The notes beneath the pieces were generated by a model, which saw only the letters and a program-made list of their open reading frames with translations, searched no databases and was not told where the DNA came from. Below, piece by piece: positions 60,437 through 64,000 of a stretch of 64,000 bases of DNA. Position 1 is the first letter of the stretch, and the number at the start of each line of letters is the position of its first letter. Origin of the DNA: Candidatus Kapaibacterium sp. (GTDB lineage: Bacteria; Bacteroidota; Ignavibacteria; Kapaibacteriales; UBA2268); the NCBI GenBank assembly GCA_963665665.1, contig OY762428.1, positions 544,001 through 608,000 on the forward strand. The letters run 5' to 3'. The translations under genes were made by a program, and so were the position numbers.

Positions 60437-60686
60437 TCCCCGCCCTGTTTATACAATATTAAAGTTTAAAAGTAAGAAAATTTAGCAATAATTCATACAA
60501 ATTTATTAGTGATTCCACATTTCTTTATAAAATGAAAAGAAAATTTATTAAGAACAACTCAATTTATTGATTAATGATTTTATTTCAATATTTTTGGGAC
60601 AAAGAAATGATGTCTGCGAAGTTTATAATTGTTACAAATGATAAAATTCAGACATTCAAAGAATAAAATTTGAAAGCAAAATATTT

Positions 60687-61973
60687 TTGAAAAAGAAAAG
60701 ATCATTATTTAAAATTATCGGCCCCGGCTTGTTAATAGCAGCTACCGGCGTTGGTGCGGGAGATTTGGCCGGCGGAGCATTTGCCGGATCGAAACTTGGG
60801 CTTGCAGTCCTGTGGGCTGTACTATTAGGGGCAGCTTTTAAATATGTAATTACCGAGGGCCTTGCCCGTTGGCAACTCGTTTCCGGCGAGACATTACTCG
60901 AGGGTGCCTTGCTGAGGTTCGGAAAATTCGTTCAGATTTTCTTTTTATTCTATCTTGTTCTTTGGTCATACACTGTAGGTTCAGCTTTGATAAATGCATG
61001 TGGTGTTGCAGGCCATGCTCTTTTTCCCATATTTGATGATCATACAACAGGGAAAATATTCTGGGGTATAGTTCATAGCCTTGCCGGCTTTTTGCTTATC
61101 CGTTTCGGCCGCTTCTCTGTATTCGAAAAAGTAATGTCAGTCCTCATCCTTTTCATGTTCATCACTACATTACTAACTGCAATACTTTCAGGCCCGGAAA
61201 TTATTGAATTAATTAAGGGCAGCTTTATACCTTCGATACCTGAATATTTAGATTCAAACAATATAAACCAGGGGCCATCCTGGACCCTGGCCCTGATCGG
61301 GGGCGTTGGCGGCACACTAACCATTCTCTGCTATGGCTACTGGATTAGAGAAAACAATCGGGAAGGCAAAGAACAGATATCATTAACCAGGATAGACTTA
61401 TTAACTGCATACTTCATTACAGCGCTTTTTGGAATATCTATGGTGATTATTGCTTCCGGTTCAAATATTGACAAACAAAGCAGTTCTCTTCTTATTGTTA
61501 ATCTTGCCTCAATTCTGGAATCAACCCTTGGCAAAACCGGTTCAATAATATTTTTGATCGGCGCATGGAGCGCAATTTTCAGCAGCCTGCTCGGAGTCTG
61601 GCAATCTGTTCCATACCTTTTTGCTGATTTCATTATGATTTTTCAGTTCAAAGGAAAAATTGGAAATTATAAATCAAAAGTTATTGATACCAGAGCCTTA
61701 CCATACAGGCTATATTTATTTTTACTCGCAAGTATACCCTTAACAGGTTTGTTTTGGAAATTTGTTACTGTACAGAAAATATATGCAATTTTCGGGGCTT
61801 TCATTGTCCCGCTTACTGCAATTGCATTGCTGATTTTAAATAACAAGAAAATAATGACTTCAGAATATAAAAATTCTCTCCTGAACAATTTAATATTGAT
61901 CATTATAGTAATGTTTTTTATTTTACTTGGATTTCCTGAAATTATGAAACTTTTTCAGGGATTTATCAGATAG
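60687..61973 (+). CDS. Nramp-like divalent metal/solute transporter
   Basis: GPGLLIAATGVGAGD N-terminus; ~11 TMs. Confidence 0.8.
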   Translation: MKKKRSLFKIIGPGLLIAATGVGAGDLAGGAFAGSKLGLAVLWAVLLGAAFKYVITEGLARWQLVSGETLLEGALLRFGKFVQIFFLFYLVLWSYTVGSALINACGVAGHALFPIFDDHTTGKIFWGIVHSLAGFLLIRFGRFSVFEKVMSVLILFMFITTLLTAILSGPEIIELIKGSFIPSIPEYLDSNNINQGPSWTLALIGGVGGTLTILCYGYWIRENNREGKEQISLTRIDLLTAYFITALFGISMVIIASGSNIDKQSSSLLIVNLASILESTLGKTGSIIFLIGAWSAIFSSLLGVWQSVPYLFADFIMIFQFKGKIGNYKSKVIDTRALPYRLYLFLLASIPLTGLFWKFVTVQKIYAIFGAFIVPLTAIALLILNNKKIMTSEYKNSLLNNLILIIIVMFFILLGFPEIMKLFQGFIR

Positions 61974-62019
61974 TTTTAATATTTTTATCGGATTGTTAAA
62001 TAACGTTTTTGCTGAAATT

Positions 62020-63096
62020 ATGCGGGTTGTTCCATTTTTGCTGTTGTTCGTGATATTTTTCCTGTCCTGCCGGGATGAAAAGACCTGCGTGGAACCAACA
62101 GATGAAGAAACAAAATGGAAGATGCATTATTCTTTCAGGGATTATGAATCCTATATTCCCTGGGCAGAATCAAACGATAATTCTCTCCTGCTGAATATTA
62201 CAAAGGGAATTGGTATAATATTCGACGACGGCAGGGTTCTTAGGCAATCGAGAATGTTTAACCTGAAGTATATGTATTTTAAAAAACCCTTTAGCAATGA
62301 TTTTGGCGTGGGGTTCAATGTTGACTATTGGAATAAATATTTATACTTTGTTCCTGTCAATTCCAATTACCCGAGCAGTGAAACCGTGGAAATGCTTGAT
62401 CTGGACAGTTCTTTCTTAGACTTTAACCTGCCATTCCGCCATGTTCCAGTATTCGGATGCACCAATGATAACCAATATCTGATTCCTGCCAAAACTGAAC
62501 AATCTGCCGCTGTTTTCTACCTTCTGAAACTGGAAATTGAAGACAACAACGGAATAGATCAAAGCCATGCTGCTCTTTTGAAACGTTTCGATCTGGGAAT
62601 TCCTGATACAAGTGATTTCGAGATTTCTTACATTTATTCTGCCAATGATTATTTTATCATTAGTTCAAGGAACGAAGTATATAAATTGAATTCCAACGGC
62701 GATTTTGATTTGGTATTGGGGCAAATGCTGACAAATATTTTCAGGGTCTCAAATGTTCTTTATGCTGTCACCCCGGATACAAAAGAACTACTTATGTCCA
62801 GTGACGAAGGAAACAGCTGGCAATCCATTCTTTCCGACCTCCCCCCTATTATGACTAATTTCGGTACTCATTTCCTTTCTATTGATGCCAATATTATATT
62901 TCACAATAGTTCAAATATCTGGCGTTATGACATGACAAAGCTCGATATGGTGGAAATTGACAATACCGGACTGGAAAACAAAGAGATAACCTCTCTTTGT
63001 AAGTTCAACGGACTGGTTTATGCATCTACTCTTTCAGGTTTGTTTTCCTGCCCCGACAGCACTTACCTGAGCGCAAAAGCTGAAGTCGCTAATTAA
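62020..63096 (+). CDS. Putative lipoprotein (beta-propeller/BNR-like)
   Basis: FLSC lipobox; S.DEG.SW Asp-box. Confidence 0.65.
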   Translation: MRVVPFLLLFVIFFLSCRDEKTCVEPTDEETKWKMHYSFRDYESYIPWAESNDNSLLLNITKGIGIIFDDGRVLRQSRMFNLKYMYFKKPFSNDFGVGFNVDYWNKYLYFVPVNSNYPSSETVEMLDLDSSFLDFNLPFRHVPVFGCTNDNQYLIPAKTEQSAAVFYLLKLEIEDNNGIDQSHAALLKRFDLGIPDTSDFEISYIYSANDYFIISSRNEVYKLNSNGDFDLVLGQMLTNIFRVSNVLYAVTPDTKELLMSSDEGNSWQSILSDLPPIMTNFGTHFLSIDANIIFHNSSNIWRYDMTKLDMVEIDNTGLENKEITSLCKFNGLVYASTLSGLFSCPDSTYLSAKAEVAN

Positions 63097-63127
63097 AAAA
63101 TTTTTAACAAAGAGAGAAACATAATTG

Positions 63128-63559
63128 ATGGATTATAAATACAAAGAAATTAACGGCAAAACATTCGCCAGGGTTATCAGGGAGAAAGATGTATTTGAAA
63201 AAAAAGGTGTAAAAATCCAGTTCCCCGATGATATTGATATGCAGGTAGCTATTATTCGTATTGAAGGTGAATTGTTTGCCCTGAGGAACATCTGCCCCCA
63301 CCGCCATGCAGACCAGATATACAACGGCATTATTAAGGAAGGCAACCTGATGTGCCCTCTTCACGGCTGGACGTATAATATCAAAACCGGCCAGAATGTG
63401 AACAGTCACCAGGGAGTAAAAAGCCTGAAGACATACGAAATATTTTCAGATGAAGGCTGGGTATGGGTTGAAAAACCAAAACTTGAAATTCCCAAATGGC
63501 GGCAGGAAGGCGTGTCTCTGGGATTTGCCGGTTCCGGAGAAAACGAAAGCAATGCCTGA
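63128..63559 (+). CDS. Rieske [2Fe-2S] ferredoxin-like protein
   Basis: CPHR...CPLHGW.Y..KTG. Confidence 0.9.
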   Translation: MDYKYKEINGKTFARVIREKDVFEKKGVKIQFPDDIDMQVAIIRIEGELFALRNICPHRHADQIYNGIIKEGNLMCPLHGWTYNIKTGQNVNSHQGVKSLKTYEIFSDEGWVWVEKPKLEIPKWRQEGVSLGFAGSGENESNA

Positions 63560-64000
63560 TATTGCTCAAAATATCAAAGAAATAATTATTTCGAAATCAT
63601 ACGAACTTGGTTTTGACGATTTAAAAATTGCCCGGGCAGAACCACTTGGAGATACTTTTCAGCTTTACAAACAATGGATCGGTAATGGATATCATGCTGA
63701 TATGAAATGGATGGAAAACAACTTCGACAGGCGGGAAAACTCTGATAACATCCTTCCGGGAGTAAAATCCATTTTAGTTACGGCCTCAAATTATTATTCT
63801 TCAGCCAAACACACAGAAAACAATTTTAAAATCTCGCGTTATGCCTGGGGAACTGATTATCATGATACTATTTATCCACGGCTAAAAAAGCTGGGAAAGT
63901 ATATTTCAGAATTGTCCCCAGGCGCTGAATTCAGGCCTTATGTTGATACCGGGCCTGTTCTTGAAAAAATATGGGCAGCGAAAGCAGGCCTTGGATGGAT
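63552..64000 (+). CDS. queG: Epoxyqueuosine reductase QueG (partial, runs off the window end)
   Basis: Hand-translated: LGFD, GYHADMKWM, ISRYAWGTDYH, VDTGPVLEK.WA.KAGLGW. Confidence 0.88.
   Translation, partial: MPDIAQNIKEIIISKSYELGFDDLKIARAEPLGDTFQLYKQWIGNGYHADMKWMENNFDRRENSDNILPGVKSILVTASNYYSSAKHTENNFKISRYAWGTDYHDTIYPRLKKLGKYISELSPGAEFRPYVDTGPVLEKIWAAKAGLGW

Overview
AT-rich bacterial chromosomal window, most consistent with the Bacteroidota-Chlorobi-Ignavibacteria/Kapabacteria lineage. This is inferred from T9SS-type C-terminal domains, ECF sigma/anti-sigma pairs, the lepA-lepB-lepB-hemW order and a patatin-POTRA-barrel protein. Most of the ~50 genes are housekeeping or envelope genes (lepA, two lepB, hemW, ftsY, nadD, nuoC, umuD, partial queG, transporters, regulators). 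No rRNA, tRNA, CRISPR array, transposase or reverse transcriptase was recognised. Two things stand out. (1) Two inverted copies (~1780-3180 and ~28530-29680) of an unexplained fold-back element. In each copy, two arrays of related 21-nt units run outward in exact mirror register from a central palindrome GAACATGTTC, whose CATG gives an ATG on both strands, opening two divergent heptad-repeat frames. The centre and outer boundary are identical between copies, but the arrays have different unit sequences and numbers, and each copy is surrounded by shuffled and nested REP/MITE-like hairpins. (2) A stand-alone 2618-aa NRPS (C-A-T-C-A[Thr]-T-reductase) ending in an unusual cNMP-binding-like domain, flanked by an Sfp-type PPTase and an S9 peptidase. 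Also notable: a candidate dual-membrane-spanning anti-sigma factor, a STAND-like NTPase with a coiled-coil/2TM tail, orphan nuoC and umuD, and an unannotated 35-aa membrane peptide. All calls come from reading motifs by eye; no database searches were run.
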